Under the pieces are notes generated by a model, which was not told the origin of the DNA, did not search any database, and saw only the letters and a program-made list of their open reading frames with translations. The translations under genes were made by a program, and so were the position numbers. Of a DNA stretch of 64,000 nucleotides, positions 8,559-18,178 are shown one piece after another. Every line of letters begins with the position of its first letter. Position 1 is the first letter of the stretch. Source of the stretch: Phycisphaerae bacterium (GTDB lineage: Bacteria > Planctomycetota > Phycisphaerae > SM23-33). The stretch spans positions 33,879 to 97,878 of the forward strand of contig JBKHDI010000003.1 in the NCBI GenBank assembly GCA_046541415.1, read 5' to 3'.

Positions 8559-10751
8559 TCAAGTGACCAGCAGGCCGACCTGGTAGACCGTTACGGTCAC
8601 GATCCAGGCCAGGACCGTCAAGCCGCCCAGTTGGAACAAGGCCCATCGCCAGGAATTGCTCTCCCGTCGGGTTACCGCAATGGTGGCCATGCACGGTGCG
8701 CTGATCAGGCAGAACAGCATGATGCAGAAGCCCTGCAGCGGGGTGTAGTTGGCCTGCAGATGGGCGCGAAGCGGCTCGGACTCCTCGTCTTCTTCCTCGC
8801 CCAGCGAGTGGACGATGCCCATCTGGGCGACGAAGACTTCCTTGGCCGCAAAGGCCCCGACCATCGCGGTGGAGATCTTCCAGTCGAACCCCGCCGGGCG
8901 GAGGACCGGTTCGAGGCCCTGTCCGAGCTGGCCCATCAGGGAGGCCTCCAGTTCGGCCTCGGCCTGGGCGTTGTTGATTTCGGCGAGTCGCTCTTCTGAG
9001 GCGTCTTCGCCAAGTTGCTGGCTGGTTTCCACGGTCTGTCTTTGCTGGGCGAAGGCTTCGGCCTTGTCTTCATCCAGGCCGGGCCATTGCTGCATCGCCC
9101 AGAGAACGATCGAGATGCCCAGGATGATCGTGCCGGCCTTTTTCAGGTAGGCCCCGCCGCGGTTCCACATGTGCAGGCCCACGCTTCGCAGGGTAGGCAT
9201 GCGGTAGGGGGGAAGTTCCATGACGAACGGAGGCGTCTCGCCGCGGAGGATCGTGGTCTTCAGCAGCTTGGCACAGACCACGGCCAGGATGATTCCTACC
9301 AGGTAGATCACCCAGAGCATCGGGGCGTGCCACGCATCCGGGAAGAATGCCGGGATGATCAGCGCGTAAATCGGCAGCCTCGCCCCGCAGCTCATCAGGG
9401 GCACGACCAACATGGTCACCAGGCGGTCGCGTTTGCTCTCCAGCGTCCGCGTGGCCATGATCGCCGGGACGCTGCAGCCGAAACCGATCAGCATCGGCAC
9501 GAAGCTCTTGCCGTGCAGGCCGATCTTGTGCATCAGCTTGTCCATCAGAAACGCCGCCCGGGCCATGTACCCGGTATCTTCCAGAATCGCGATGGCCAGA
9601 AACAGCAGCAGGATGTTCGGCAGGAAAACCAGCACGCCGCCGGCCCCACCGATGATGCCGTCGACCAGCAGGCTGTGCAGAAGACTCTCTGTGCCTTGCG
9701 GCCAGAGGCCCGAGACGGCCGTGCCAAGCCACTCGAAGCCTCCTTCGATCCATCCCATGAACGGATCTGCGACAGTGAAGGTCAGATGGAAGACCGCGTA
9801 CATCAGCCCCAGGAAGATCGGCAGGCCCAGGACGCGGTTGGTCACCAGCGAATCGATCCGATCGGACATGTCATGTCGGGACTCGACGGTGCTGCGGACG
9901 GCCTGCTGACAGGCACCGGAGATGAACCCGTATCGCCGGTCGGCGATCAGGGCTTCCGGGCTGTCACCCAGCAGCGACTCGATGCGCTGGGCGGCCTTGT
10001 CGGCCGCGTCGATGAGGTCGTCGCTGTCCAGCTGCCGGCGAATCTCGGTGTCGCCTTCCAGCAGCTTGATCGCCAGCCATCGCTGGGGGACCTGCTGCAT
10101 CTTGCAGTCGGCCTGGGCGATTTTCTCTTCCAGTTCGGCAATCTCGGCCTCGATTTCGCTGCCGTAGTCTATTTTGCGGGGCTTGAGCGGCAGGTCTTTG
10201 CGGGCCAGTTCGACGGCTGCTTCCAGCAGATCATCCTTGCCCCTGGCCTTGTGGCCGATGGTCGGAACGATCGGCGCGCCGAGCAGTTCGCTCAGCAGGG
10301 GCAGGTCGAACTCCAGGCCGCGCTGCTTGGCCACGTCGGACATGTTCATCGCCAGCACGGTGGGCGTTCCCAGCTCGAGGATCTGCACGGCCAGGTAGAG
10401 GTTGCGCTCGAGGTTGCCGGCATCGAGGATGTCGATGACCACGTCGGGCGATTCATCGATCAGGAAGTTCCTGGCGACCAGTTCCTCGGTCGAGTAGGCC
10501 GTCAGGCTGTACGTGCCCGGCAGGTCGACGATTCGCAGGTCGGTTCCGTCGTATCGGCAGGAGCCAGCCTTCTTCTCGACCGTCACGCCGGGGTAATTGC
10601 CCACGTGCTGGCGGCCGCCGGTGATGGCGTTGAAAATCGTTGTCTTGCCCGAATTGGGGTTCCCGGCCAGGGCGACGGTATACCGGCCCGTCCGGGCCTC
10701 TTGGGTCGCCGGTTTTTCGTCTTGTCGTAAAAGATTCGGCATGCCGAACAT
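8559..10751 (-). CDS. feoB: ferrous iron transporter B
   Basis: 730 aa with an N-terminal G-domain (ALAGNPNSGKTTIFNAITG, G4 NMSD) and a polytopic gate/permease domain. RBS gaagga. Confidence 0.9.
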   Translation of the reverse strand: MFGMPNLLRQDEKPATQEARTGRYTVALAGNPNSGKTTIFNAITGGRQHVGNYPGVTVEKKAGSCRYDGTDLRIVDLPGTYSLTAYSTEELVARNFLIDESPDVVIDILDAGNLERNLYLAVQILELGTPTVLAMNMSDVAKQRGLEFDLPLLSELLGAPIVPTIGHKARGKDDLLEAAVELARKDLPLKPRKIDYGSEIEAEIAELEEKIAQADCKMQQVPQRWLAIKLLEGDTEIRRQLDSDDLIDAADKAAQRIESLLGDSPEALIADRRYGFISGACQQAVRSTVESRHDMSDRIDSLVTNRVLGLPIFLGLMYAVFHLTFTVADPFMGWIEGGFEWLGTAVSGLWPQGTESLLHSLLVDGIIGGAGGVLVFLPNILLLFLAIAILEDTGYMARAAFLMDKLMHKIGLHGKSFVPMLIGFGCSVPAIMATRTLESKRDRLVTMLVVPLMSCGARLPIYALIIPAFFPDAWHAPMLWVIYLVGIILAVVCAKLLKTTILRGETPPFVMELPPYRMPTLRSVGLHMWNRGGAYLKKAGTIILGISIVLWAMQQWPGLDEDKAEAFAQQRQTVETSQQLGEDASEERLAEINNAQAEAELEASLMGQLGQGLEPVLRPAGFDWKISTAMVGAFAAKEVFVAQMGIVHSLGEEEDEESEPLRAHLQANYTPLQGFCIMLFCLISAPCMATIAVTRRESNSWRWALFQLGGLTVLAWIVTVTVYQVGLLVT

Positions 10752-10797
10752 TCCTTCAAAAAAAAGAGAGTGATTGCCTCTGCCCGAGGCGGTTCTT

Positions 10798-11043
10798 TCA
10801 GCGTTGAGTAACCAGAATGCGTCGTGCGATGTTGCGCCCGATCATCACGCGGCTGCCCAGGATACGCAGGACCACCGGTCCGCTGGAATCGCCGACCCGT
10901 TCGACCGGGACGCCGGGGGTCAGACCCATGGCGCAGAGTCGGCTTTTCAGCCCTCTCCCGCCTTCGATACGGCAGAGGCGGCAGGCTCGGCCGGGTTGGG
11001 CCGAGGTCAACGGGATGCGGATTTCCTGGCTGATTTGTGTCAT
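10798..11043 (-). CDS. feoA: ferrous iron transport protein A
   Basis: An 81-aa SH3-like FeoA domain, MTQISQEIRIPLTSAQPGRACRLCRIEGGRGLKSRLCAMGLTPGVPVERV.... The ATG lies 2 nt after the regulator stop (TAAGCATG). Confidence 0.75.
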   Translation of the reverse strand: MTQISQEIRIPLTSAQPGRACRLCRIEGGRGLKSRLCAMGLTPGVPVERVGDSSGPVVLRILGSRVMIGRNIARRILVTQR

Positions 11044-11045
11044 GC

Positions 11046-11813
11046 TTATCCCAAGGCTTCGACGGTGATCCGCTCGGCCTCTTCCTTCCGTAATGTCAGG
11101 TGGTAGCCCTTGATTTTGACCTGGATCGGATCGCCCAGCGGGGCCTTCCGTTCGATCTCGACGACCGTCCCGGCCGTGGCGCCCATGTCCAGCAGCCTGC
11201 GGCGGACACCGCCGGAGCCGGCGATTTTGACGATGGTCGCCTTCTCGCCCGGTTTCAGCTGGGCCAGTGTCCATCGTGTCTGCGTCTCTGCTGTCTCGTC
11301 CATGGTGTTTGTCCTTTCGGGGATCGGGTGGGGCGTTTCGCATCTGCTGCAGGTGCCTGAGCCGCTGTGCTGGTGGCAGGAATATCCGAAGTCCTGGATC
11401 CAGTCAGACAGCCCGTGCGGGCAGCGTTCGACGAACTCGACGAATTCCAGAAATCGTTCCAGGATCGTCTCCGGGATGGCGTGTTCCATCTTGCAGGCTG
11501 CCCCGTCGGCCTCGGCCGGGTCGATGGCAAGAACCTTGACGAAAAAGTCCCGGAGCACCTCGTGCCTTCGGACGACATCTTCAGCGACGGCCTGGCCGGT
11601 TTCGGTCAGCGTGATCACGTCGTAAGGGGCATAGTTGATCAGCCCGCGGTCGGCGAGGGCATGCAAGGCACCGGTCACCGAGGAGCGGCTGACGGCCAGA
11701 CGCTCGCTGATATCCTTGGCCCGGGCTGCAGACTTGTCCTGCACGATTCGGTAGATCGCCTCAATATAGTCTTCCAGGCTGGCACTGAGTTGCACGTCGG
11801 TCGCTTCGGTCAT
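11046..11813 (-). CDS. DtxR/MntR-family metal-dependent transcriptional regulator with a C-terminal FeoA (SH3-like) domain
   Basis: Start at MTEATDV with a gagg RBS; the ORF is open to 11858. N-terminal wHTH LEDYIEAIYRI...ISERLAVSRSSVTGALHALADRGL. Metal-site residues ...CPHG...CHQH. C-terminal WTLAQLKPGEKATIVKI...GYHLTLRKEEAERITV is FeoA-like. Confidence 0.75.
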   Translation of the reverse strand: MTEATDVQLSASLEDYIEAIYRIVQDKSAARAKDISERLAVSRSSVTGALHALADRGLINYAPYDVITLTETGQAVAEDVVRRHEVLRDFFVKVLAIDPAEADGAACKMEHAIPETILERFLEFVEFVERCPHGLSDWIQDFGYSCHQHSGSGTCSRCETPHPIPERTNTMDETAETQTRWTLAQLKPGEKATIVKIAGSGGVRRRLLDMGATAGTVVEIERKAPLGDPIQVKIKGYHLTLRKEEAERITVEALG

Positions 11814-11875
11814 GGTCTTGCCTCGTTGGGTCCTTCGGCCACCCGTTCTTCCCGACAAGGGGAGAATCCTGCCGA

Positions 11876-11990
11876 ATGTTTGCCATGCCCAATAAAATAC
11901 GGCATGCCGAACTCTTAATCAAGGCGGCCAGACATTATTCCGAAGAAATTCTGCATGCCCTTAATCAAACAATGTTTATGACATGGTTTT
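11876..11990. promoter_or_regulatory. AT-rich promoter/operator region upstream of the dtxR-feoA-feoB operon, with repeated palindromic motifs
   Basis: Local GC falls well below genome level. There is a perfect palindrome cggcatgccg (11900-11909) and related gccatgccc (11882-11890) and tgcatgccc (11953-11960). The composite gcatgcc-N-cttaatcaa occurs twice (11901-11922 and 11953-11968). Confidence 0.35.
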
Positions 11991-12088
11991 CTGGCAGATC
12001 CATTCCTCTCGGCCGACCAGAATTCGATCCGAAAGGGGCGTCTTATGTGGATCTGACCGGGTGGCCTGGCCTCGGCCAGAATGCGTCG

Positions 12089-13222
12089 CTACTTGTCCTG
12101 CCGAGCCAACCCGCTTGCCCCGAATACCCGGTCATCGTCGCCCATGACCCGGATCGTGTGGTAGACCAGGAAGTGGTCGGATAATCTGGCGATGAAGTCT
12201 GCTTTGTCTTTGGCGTAGGATTGCACGCTGTCGAAGATGACCAGTTCCGCCTCGTGGAATTCGCACTGGCGGGCAGGGACATAGGCCCGGTCCAGCGGCC
12301 AGGTCTTGGCTCTGCCATTGGGCGTGCCGGGCGGGTCGGAGATGTACGTTTCCTGGTCGGCGTCTCCGCCCAGTTCATGGAAGTAGTATGGTTTGGCCCA
12401 GTTCCTGGCGTATCGGGAGGCCGAGGTCTCCTCGCCCCCGGCCAACTCGAAGGCCTCCAAAGCATCGGCGGCACAGTTCGTGTCTCCAATCAGGATGACG
12501 TCCATCTCGCCCTGCAGCAGGAAACGCTCGGCGACACGGTCGAGGATCGTGGCCATCTCGTAGTAGCGTCGCACCCGCGAGACGTGGAAGCCCTTCAGGG
12601 CCGAGATCAGGTGGATGGGGATGACCACGAAGTCCGTCAGTCCCGGCCCGGCCGAGAAGTGCAGCGCCATGACCTTGCGATTGTGGATCGGGACAGGCTG
12701 GCCGTTCTCGTCGGTCTGGTTGAACTGGCGGGCGAACTCCTGCCAGCCTGGCGGGTTGCGGTCGACCTGCAGTTCGATCCGCTCTAGCAGTGTGACGCGG
12801 TCGGCGTCCCAGGCGATGCCGGTCGCCTGGCCCGGGGTCTTGTTCGGCGGGAAAATCAGGTGTTTCCAGCGTCCTGGCAGCATGTCCAGCACGGTCTGGA
12901 TGCTCTGGCCGTCGGGCTCTGGGTCGGCCCGGAGTTCCTGCATTGCCAGAACCGACACGCCGGAGTCCTGGATGTACCGGGCCATCGCCCGGACGTCCTT
13001 TTCCGTTTCGGGTCGATTCCGCTCCTCCGGCGTGCCGAACCAGTAGAGGTTCCACGAGCCGATTCGCATGGTCTGGGCCGGATCGTTTCCCAGCGTCTCC
13101 GTCAGGCGGTCGCTGTGAGTCTCCGGCTCATAGGCCAGCGGACGATATTCTTTGGCACAGCCCGCGAGCAGACCGCTGGCCACCGCCAGCAGCAACAGCT
13201 TGTCAGGAAGGAATTTGCGCAT
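12089..13222 (-). CDS. endonuclease/exonuclease/phosphatase (EEP) family lipoprotein
   Basis: Lipobox LLAGC after the signal peptide, and a gaggaacc RBS. RIGSWNLYWFG, LAMQEL, IGDTNC and SDHF are EEP catalytic motifs. Confidence 0.65.
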   Translation of the reverse strand: MRKFLPDKLLLLAVASGLLAGCAKEYRPLAYEPETHSDRLTETLGNDPAQTMRIGSWNLYWFGTPEERNRPETEKDVRAMARYIQDSGVSVLAMQELRADPEPDGQSIQTVLDMLPGRWKHLIFPPNKTPGQATGIAWDADRVTLLERIELQVDRNPPGWQEFARQFNQTDENGQPVPIHNRKVMALHFSAGPGLTDFVVIPIHLISALKGFHVSRVRRYYEMATILDRVAERFLLQGEMDVILIGDTNCAADALEAFELAGGEETSASRYARNWAKPYYFHELGGDADQETYISDPPGTPNGRAKTWPLDRAYVPARQCEFHEAELVIFDSVQSYAKDKADFIARLSDHFLVYHTIRVMGDDDRVFGASGLARQDK

Positions 13223-13358
13223 GGTTCCTCCGGGTCTTCAGCGCAGCCGGGGCATCTGCGGCGCATGGGCCGGCGCGGGCGACCCCCGCCGGCTGCGATG
13301 CCGGGGGCCGGTCCCGGTATTCTATCGGCAAGGCAGGTGGTCGCCCGGGTGCGGGGAA

Positions 13359-15458
13359 CTACTTCTCGAAGTCCTTGAGGCGGTTGGGGTGGACGAATCG
13401 GCCTCGGGTGGCGGCGAGGAACTCATCCACGCGGCGCCGGGCACCGGGCTCCTGCATCAGGCCCTGGAGGTCGCTTTCGGCCTGTGTGGTGACATCGGGC
13501 TTTTCCGCTGCCCGGGCGCAGTGGGCCAGCAGCCTCAAGGCGCGTGGGTCGGCGGGGGCAGCCTTGGCGAGTTTCTCCGCTGCGGCCAGGGCCCGGGCCG
13601 GTGCGGTATCCGCCAGCAGCCAGGCGTGCAGCAGGTAAGCCTCGAAGTGCTTGGGGTTGGCCTCCAGCAAGGCAGCCAACTGCCTGCGCGCTGCGGCGGG
13701 GTTCTCGGCAGCAATATCGAGTATCGCCAGGTAGTACCGGGCAGGCGGATAGGGCTGATCGGCCCGGACCGCACGCTGCATAGCTGCCTTGGCCTGCTCG
13801 GGCTTGTCCTGTTCCAGCCGCGTCATGCCCAACAGGTGCCATCCCTCCCCCACGCCCTCGTTGGCGGAGGTAAAGGCCTCCAGCGTCTCGGCGGCCCGTT
13901 CCAGTCGTCCCTTGCGGTAGTGGATGCGGCCGGCCCCGAGCGAGTCCTTGCCATACTTGCGTAAGGCATGTTCGATGGTGCGGCCGTAGTCCATCTGGTC
14001 GCCGATGCGTTCTGCCCCGACGGCCGAGTCGAGGTCCGAGACGGCCACGATCCGCTCATGGGCAGAGGTGTCGGCCGGTATTTCCAGCGGCAGCTTCTGG
14101 TGCAGCAGGACGTTTCCCTTGGCGTCAGTCAGTTCAACCGTTCCGGACTTCGCCCCAGCCGGCAGGGAGAACCGCGCGGGGCTTCTCGGCCCGACCGGCT
14201 GATCCTTGCCCAGGGCTTTGCCATCCAGCCGCGCCTGCAGGGACTCGATCGGCCGGTAGGTCACGACCTCCAGAACGGGGTCCTGGCCGCCGAAGTCGGC
14301 ATGAATGGCGGCCTGATCGTTGGCGAAATCGACCTTGCCGATCCCCCGGACCATGGTGTAGGTGTGGGAGAACTCGTAGCTCTCCCCCGGGCCGATCCAC
14401 CGTTCGACGCCTTCCATGACATTGTCGATCCCGCCCCAGAGCTCGCAGAAGTTGTACATGTGACTGCTCGTGCTGCCCGCCTTGAACCGCCCCTCTCCGC
14501 GGTAGTACTGCTTGGCCCCCGAAGCGGTGGCCGGGTCCCACAGGCGCAGGCGGTTGACCCGGACCTGCGGATACCACAGCCCGGCGAATCCAAAGGGCAT
14601 TTCCAGGGCGAACAGGGAGTTGTGATCGTCGGTGTGCTTGCGGATCAGGTTGTTCTCGTTTGTGTAGGGGCGAATGTTCAACGCCCGATGGCCGGAGACG
14701 TACGCCGCCGGATAGATCCACTCGGTTTGTGTGGGTTTCGGCGGTTTCGCGTCGGACTGGACCACCCCGTCGGCTGTGTGATTGCGGGGGAAGAAGGCGT
14801 CGGTCCAAAGTCTTAGCCCCTGGCGATAGGGCGAGGGGTTGGTGATGCGGTAGGTGATGGTAAACGCGCTGGAATCCGGCTGGAGCGTGACGTGCTGGCC
14901 CAGCAGCAGGTTGGTAAAGGCCCCGAACATCGCGCCCTGCCAGGGCGCGTCGTGACGGCTGAACTCCATCCACATCGCCGCGGTGACCGCGCCGTCGTCG
15001 TGACGGACGATCCGCAGCCCGGCCGGCTGACCCACCGTCCGGATGCAGTGTTCGCGCCAGGGGAAGTTCGCCTTCACACCGGATTCCCAGTAAGGCACCC
15101 AGTTCTTGGCCTTGCCCTCACGGAAGAAGATGTCCTCGCCGGTGGGCTTGTAGACGGCCCCGCCGATCACGCCGCCGGCCTCAGGGAGGATCTCCACGGC
15201 CAGGAACTCATTTTCCAGCACGACCTGGCCGAAGGTCTTCTCGCCGTCGCGCCGTTTGGTGTCGTTCTGCGGCCAGATCGCCCCGTTGGCCCGGGGGCGG
15301 ATCTTGTAAATCGGCTCGCTGGTATACCACGGGAGGGTGATTTGACCGTTACGGACCTTGACTTCGGGGGTCACGGGTTCAGCCGGGTCGGCCGAGCAGA
15401 GGCCGGCGGCACCAAGTGTCCCCAGCAGGGACAGCAGCACGATCGAATCACATTTCAT
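13359..15458 (-). CDS. DUF5107-like secreted protein with C-terminal TPR repeats
   Basis: The start MKCDSIVLLSLLGTLGAAGLCSA is a signal peptide; the track ORF extends to 15506. A large N-terminal beta-rich domain is followed by TPR-like helices (AYLLHAWLLAD..., ARYYLAILDIAAENP...). Confidence 0.55.
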   Translation of the reverse strand: MKCDSIVLLSLLGTLGAAGLCSADPAEPVTPEVKVRNGQITLPWYTSEPIYKIRPRANGAIWPQNDTKRRDGEKTFGQVVLENEFLAVEILPEAGGVIGGAVYKPTGEDIFFREGKAKNWVPYWESGVKANFPWREHCIRTVGQPAGLRIVRHDDGAVTAAMWMEFSRHDAPWQGAMFGAFTNLLLGQHVTLQPDSSAFTITYRITNPSPYRQGLRLWTDAFFPRNHTADGVVQSDAKPPKPTQTEWIYPAAYVSGHRALNIRPYTNENNLIRKHTDDHNSLFALEMPFGFAGLWYPQVRVNRLRLWDPATASGAKQYYRGEGRFKAGSTSSHMYNFCELWGGIDNVMEGVERWIGPGESYEFSHTYTMVRGIGKVDFANDQAAIHADFGGQDPVLEVVTYRPIESLQARLDGKALGKDQPVGPRSPARFSLPAGAKSGTVELTDAKGNVLLHQKLPLEIPADTSAHERIVAVSDLDSAVGAERIGDQMDYGRTIEHALRKYGKDSLGAGRIHYRKGRLERAAETLEAFTSANEGVGEGWHLLGMTRLEQDKPEQAKAAMQRAVRADQPYPPARYYLAILDIAAENPAAARRQLAALLEANPKHFEAYLLHAWLLADTAPARALAAAEKLAKAAPADPRALRLLAHCARAAEKPDVTTQAESDLQGLMQEPGARRRVDEFLAATRGRFVHPNRLKDFEK

Positions 15459-15664
15459 GGCAAGATCAATCCAGGTTGAGGTGTCGGTTCTGAGGGGCCC
15501 GAGCAACGGCGACGGGCCTGGCAGACAGTTCTTGTTGAAACGCCCCAGCCTGCCGAAGGTTTCTTTCCGGATCTTCCGCCGACGAGGGTACCGGCGGGTC
15601 CTGATCTTGACGATTTGTGCGTAGAACAGGGCGGTTGGCGGGTCTGGCGGCGGCCAGAACCTGT

Positions 15665-15693
15665 TTGACTTTGCTGGTGGGTTTCAGTATCGT
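15665..15693 (+). promoter_or_regulatory. candidate sigma70-like promoter for bamA
   Basis: ttgact-17 nt-tatcgt, about 75 nt upstream of the GTG start. This assumes E. coli-type consensus, which is untested for this lineage. Confidence 0.25.
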
Positions 15694-15768
15694 CCCGACA
15701 GCGCGTATTGCTGCGCGCCCACCGCGGCCTGTGCGTTCCCCCAGGCCGGCTTGCAAGACGGAGTCCGC

Positions 15769-18123
15769 GTGAAGCAACTACAACAGATTTCGGCATTGTC
15801 GCTGGGGCTGATGGTCCTGGCCGGGCTGTCGGTATCGGCCCGGGCCCAGCAGGGCCAGGAGCCCAGCGTGGTCATCGAGGTCCGGATCGAGGGCAACGAG
15901 ATCCGCAGCGACGAATCGATTCTGGCGACGATCAAGACCCGTGCCGGCCAAGAGTTCAACGAGCAGATCATCCAGGGCGACGAACGGCGCCTCCTGCAGA
16001 CCCGCCGGTACTCCTCGGTCCAGGCGACGAAGATCCAGACCGACCGCGGCGTGATCGTTACCTTCCGCGTCCAAGAGAGGCCGGTGACCGAGTCGATCTC
16101 CTTCGTCGGGAACAAGTCGATTTCCGACAAGGATTTGCGATCCGAGCTGCCCTTCGGGCCCGGCGACCCGATGTATTTGGCCCTGCTGCGGAGCGGGCGG
16201 GAAGCCATCGAGACCAAATACCGCCAGGAGGGGTTCGCCAAGGCAACGGTCGAGCTGGATCAGACCGCCGCCCTGCTGCAGAAGCAGGCGATCTACAGGA
16301 TTACCGAAGGGCCCCGGATCCGCATCCGCAAGATCTCCTTCGAGGGCAATGAGTTCTTCAGCACCATCCGCCTGCGGTTCCACGTGCGGACCAACGCGCG
16401 GTTCTGGCCGTTCATTCCCGGCTACCTGAACATAGAGAAGGTCGAGCAGGATGTCGCCTCGCTCCGCAAGCTATACATCGACGAGGGCTTCCTGGAAGCC
16501 CAGGTCGACTACCTGCTCAAATCGACCCCCGACCAGGAAGACCAGCACCTGACGTTCGTGATCAACGAGGGCCCGCGGTTCCTGGTCAACCAGATCCGCT
16601 TCGAGGGCAACACGCTGTTTTCGGACAAAGAGCTGGCCGGGCGGATGAAGCTGGCCCGCGGCGAATACGTCGTCGCCGAGGACCTCCAGCGCGACATCCG
16701 CGTGCTCGGCGAGACCTACGGCGAGTTGGGATACATCCAGTCCGACGTCAACCACCGCTTCGAGTACCTGCCCCCCAACACCGAGCTGCCCGACTGGGCG
16801 GCCAAGCAGGCCGACGACGACCTCGAGATCGCCCTGGTCAACCTGGTCTTCGACGTGCGGGAATCCGACCGCTACGACGTGGGGCAGGTGGTCATCCGGG
16901 GCAACGACCTGACGCAGGACCGGGTGATCCGCCGACACGTGACGATGTACCCCGGCCAGCGGTTCAACACCAGCGCCATGCAGGAATCGCAACGGCGCCT
17001 GCGGGAGACGACGCTGTTCGAGACGGTCGAGATCAAGCCGATCGGGCAGGACGAGTCGGTCCGCGACGTGCTGGTCGAGATCACCGAGGGCAGGACGGCG
17101 AATTTCATCATCGGCATCGCCGCGGACAGCTCCAACGGCATATTCGGAGATATCTCCTTTACACAGCGAAACTTCGACCTTCTGGGCTGGCCCGGACCGG
17201 GCCGGGAATTCTGGAAAGGACGGGCATTCAAGGGCGCAGGTCAGCGCCTGCGCCTCTCCGCCCAGCCGGGTACCACGCTCAGCCGATTCTACATCGACTG
17301 GTTCGAGCCGGCCCTGTTCGATCAGCCCTACGCCCTGTCGGTCAACGGCTACTACTACACCCGCGAGCAGGAATCATACGACATCACCCGCCTGGGCATC
17401 GTCACGTCGCTGGGCCATCGATTCAAGAACCGCTGGTACGGCGAGGTGGCCGCCAAGGTCGAATGGGCCGAGATGGACGACCTGGACAGCGACGCACCGA
17501 TCGAGGTCGTCGACGACCAGGGCGACCACTTCATGCCCTCGGTCAAGGGTACGCTTGTCCGGGACCGCACCGACAGCCGCTGGCTGCCCAGCATGGGCGA
17601 CCGCTTCGAGTTCAGCTACGAGCAGTTCGTCGGCGACTACGCCTTCGGGCGCTTCGACGCCAGCTACCGGATCTTCCGGACGTTGTACGTCAACGCCGCC
17701 GAGGAAAAGCACATCCTGGCCGGCAAGATCGGCGTCGGGCAGGTCGTCGGCGATGCGCCGGTCTTCGAGAGCTACTACGCCGGGGGCCTCGGCTCGCTGC
17801 GCGGGTTCCAGTACCGGGGCGTTTCGCCTCGCGGGACCAACAGCGACGACCCGATCGGCGGCGACAGCCTGTTCCTGCTGGGCGCCGAGTACAGCTATCC
17901 CATCGTGGGCGACACGCTCCGCGGCGTGCTGTTCATCGATTCCGGCACGGTCGAAGACAGCCTCTCGCTGAGCGATTACCGCGTCAGCGCAGGGTTCGGC
18001 TTCCGCTGGACCGTGCCGCTGTTCGGGCCCGTGCCGATCAGCCTGGACTTCGGCTTCCCGATCAGCAAAGAAGATGAAGACGACACGCAGGTGTTCAGTT
18101 TCTCGCTGGGCTGGCGATTCTGA
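15769..18123 (+). CDS. bamA: outer membrane protein assembly factor BamA
   Basis: GTG at 15769 has ggag 6 nt upstream and is followed by the signal peptide KQLQQISALSLGLMVLAGLSVSARA. The track start 15751 is a TTG. Five POTRA-like repeats are followed by an Omp85 C-terminal beta-barrel ending ...FSFSLGWRF. Confidence 0.85.
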   Translation: MKQLQQISALSLGLMVLAGLSVSARAQQGQEPSVVIEVRIEGNEIRSDESILATIKTRAGQEFNEQIIQGDERRLLQTRRYSSVQATKIQTDRGVIVTFRVQERPVTESISFVGNKSISDKDLRSELPFGPGDPMYLALLRSGREAIETKYRQEGFAKATVELDQTAALLQKQAIYRITEGPRIRIRKISFEGNEFFSTIRLRFHVRTNARFWPFIPGYLNIEKVEQDVASLRKLYIDEGFLEAQVDYLLKSTPDQEDQHLTFVINEGPRFLVNQIRFEGNTLFSDKELAGRMKLARGEYVVAEDLQRDIRVLGETYGELGYIQSDVNHRFEYLPPNTELPDWAAKQADDDLEIALVNLVFDVRESDRYDVGQVVIRGNDLTQDRVIRRHVTMYPGQRFNTSAMQESQRRLRETTLFETVEIKPIGQDESVRDVLVEITEGRTANFIIGIAADSSNGIFGDISFTQRNFDLLGWPGPGREFWKGRAFKGAGQRLRLSAQPGTTLSRFYIDWFEPALFDQPYALSVNGYYYTREQESYDITRLGIVTSLGHRFKNRWYGEVAAKVEWAEMDDLDSDAPIEVVDDQGDHFMPSVKGTLVRDRTDSRWLPSMGDRFEFSYEQFVGDYAFGRFDASYRIFRTLYVNAAEEKHILAGKIGVGQVVGDAPVFESYYAGGLGSLRGFQYRGVSPRGTNSDDPIGGDSLFLLGAEYSYPIVGDTLRGVLFIDSGTVEDSLSLSDYRVSAGFGFRWTVPLFGPVPISLDFGFPISKEDEDDTQVFSFSLGWRF

Positions 18124-18178
18124 GAATCCGCCGACCCGCAGCGACGCCTGCAGCATTCCAACAACTGAGGTAACAAAG

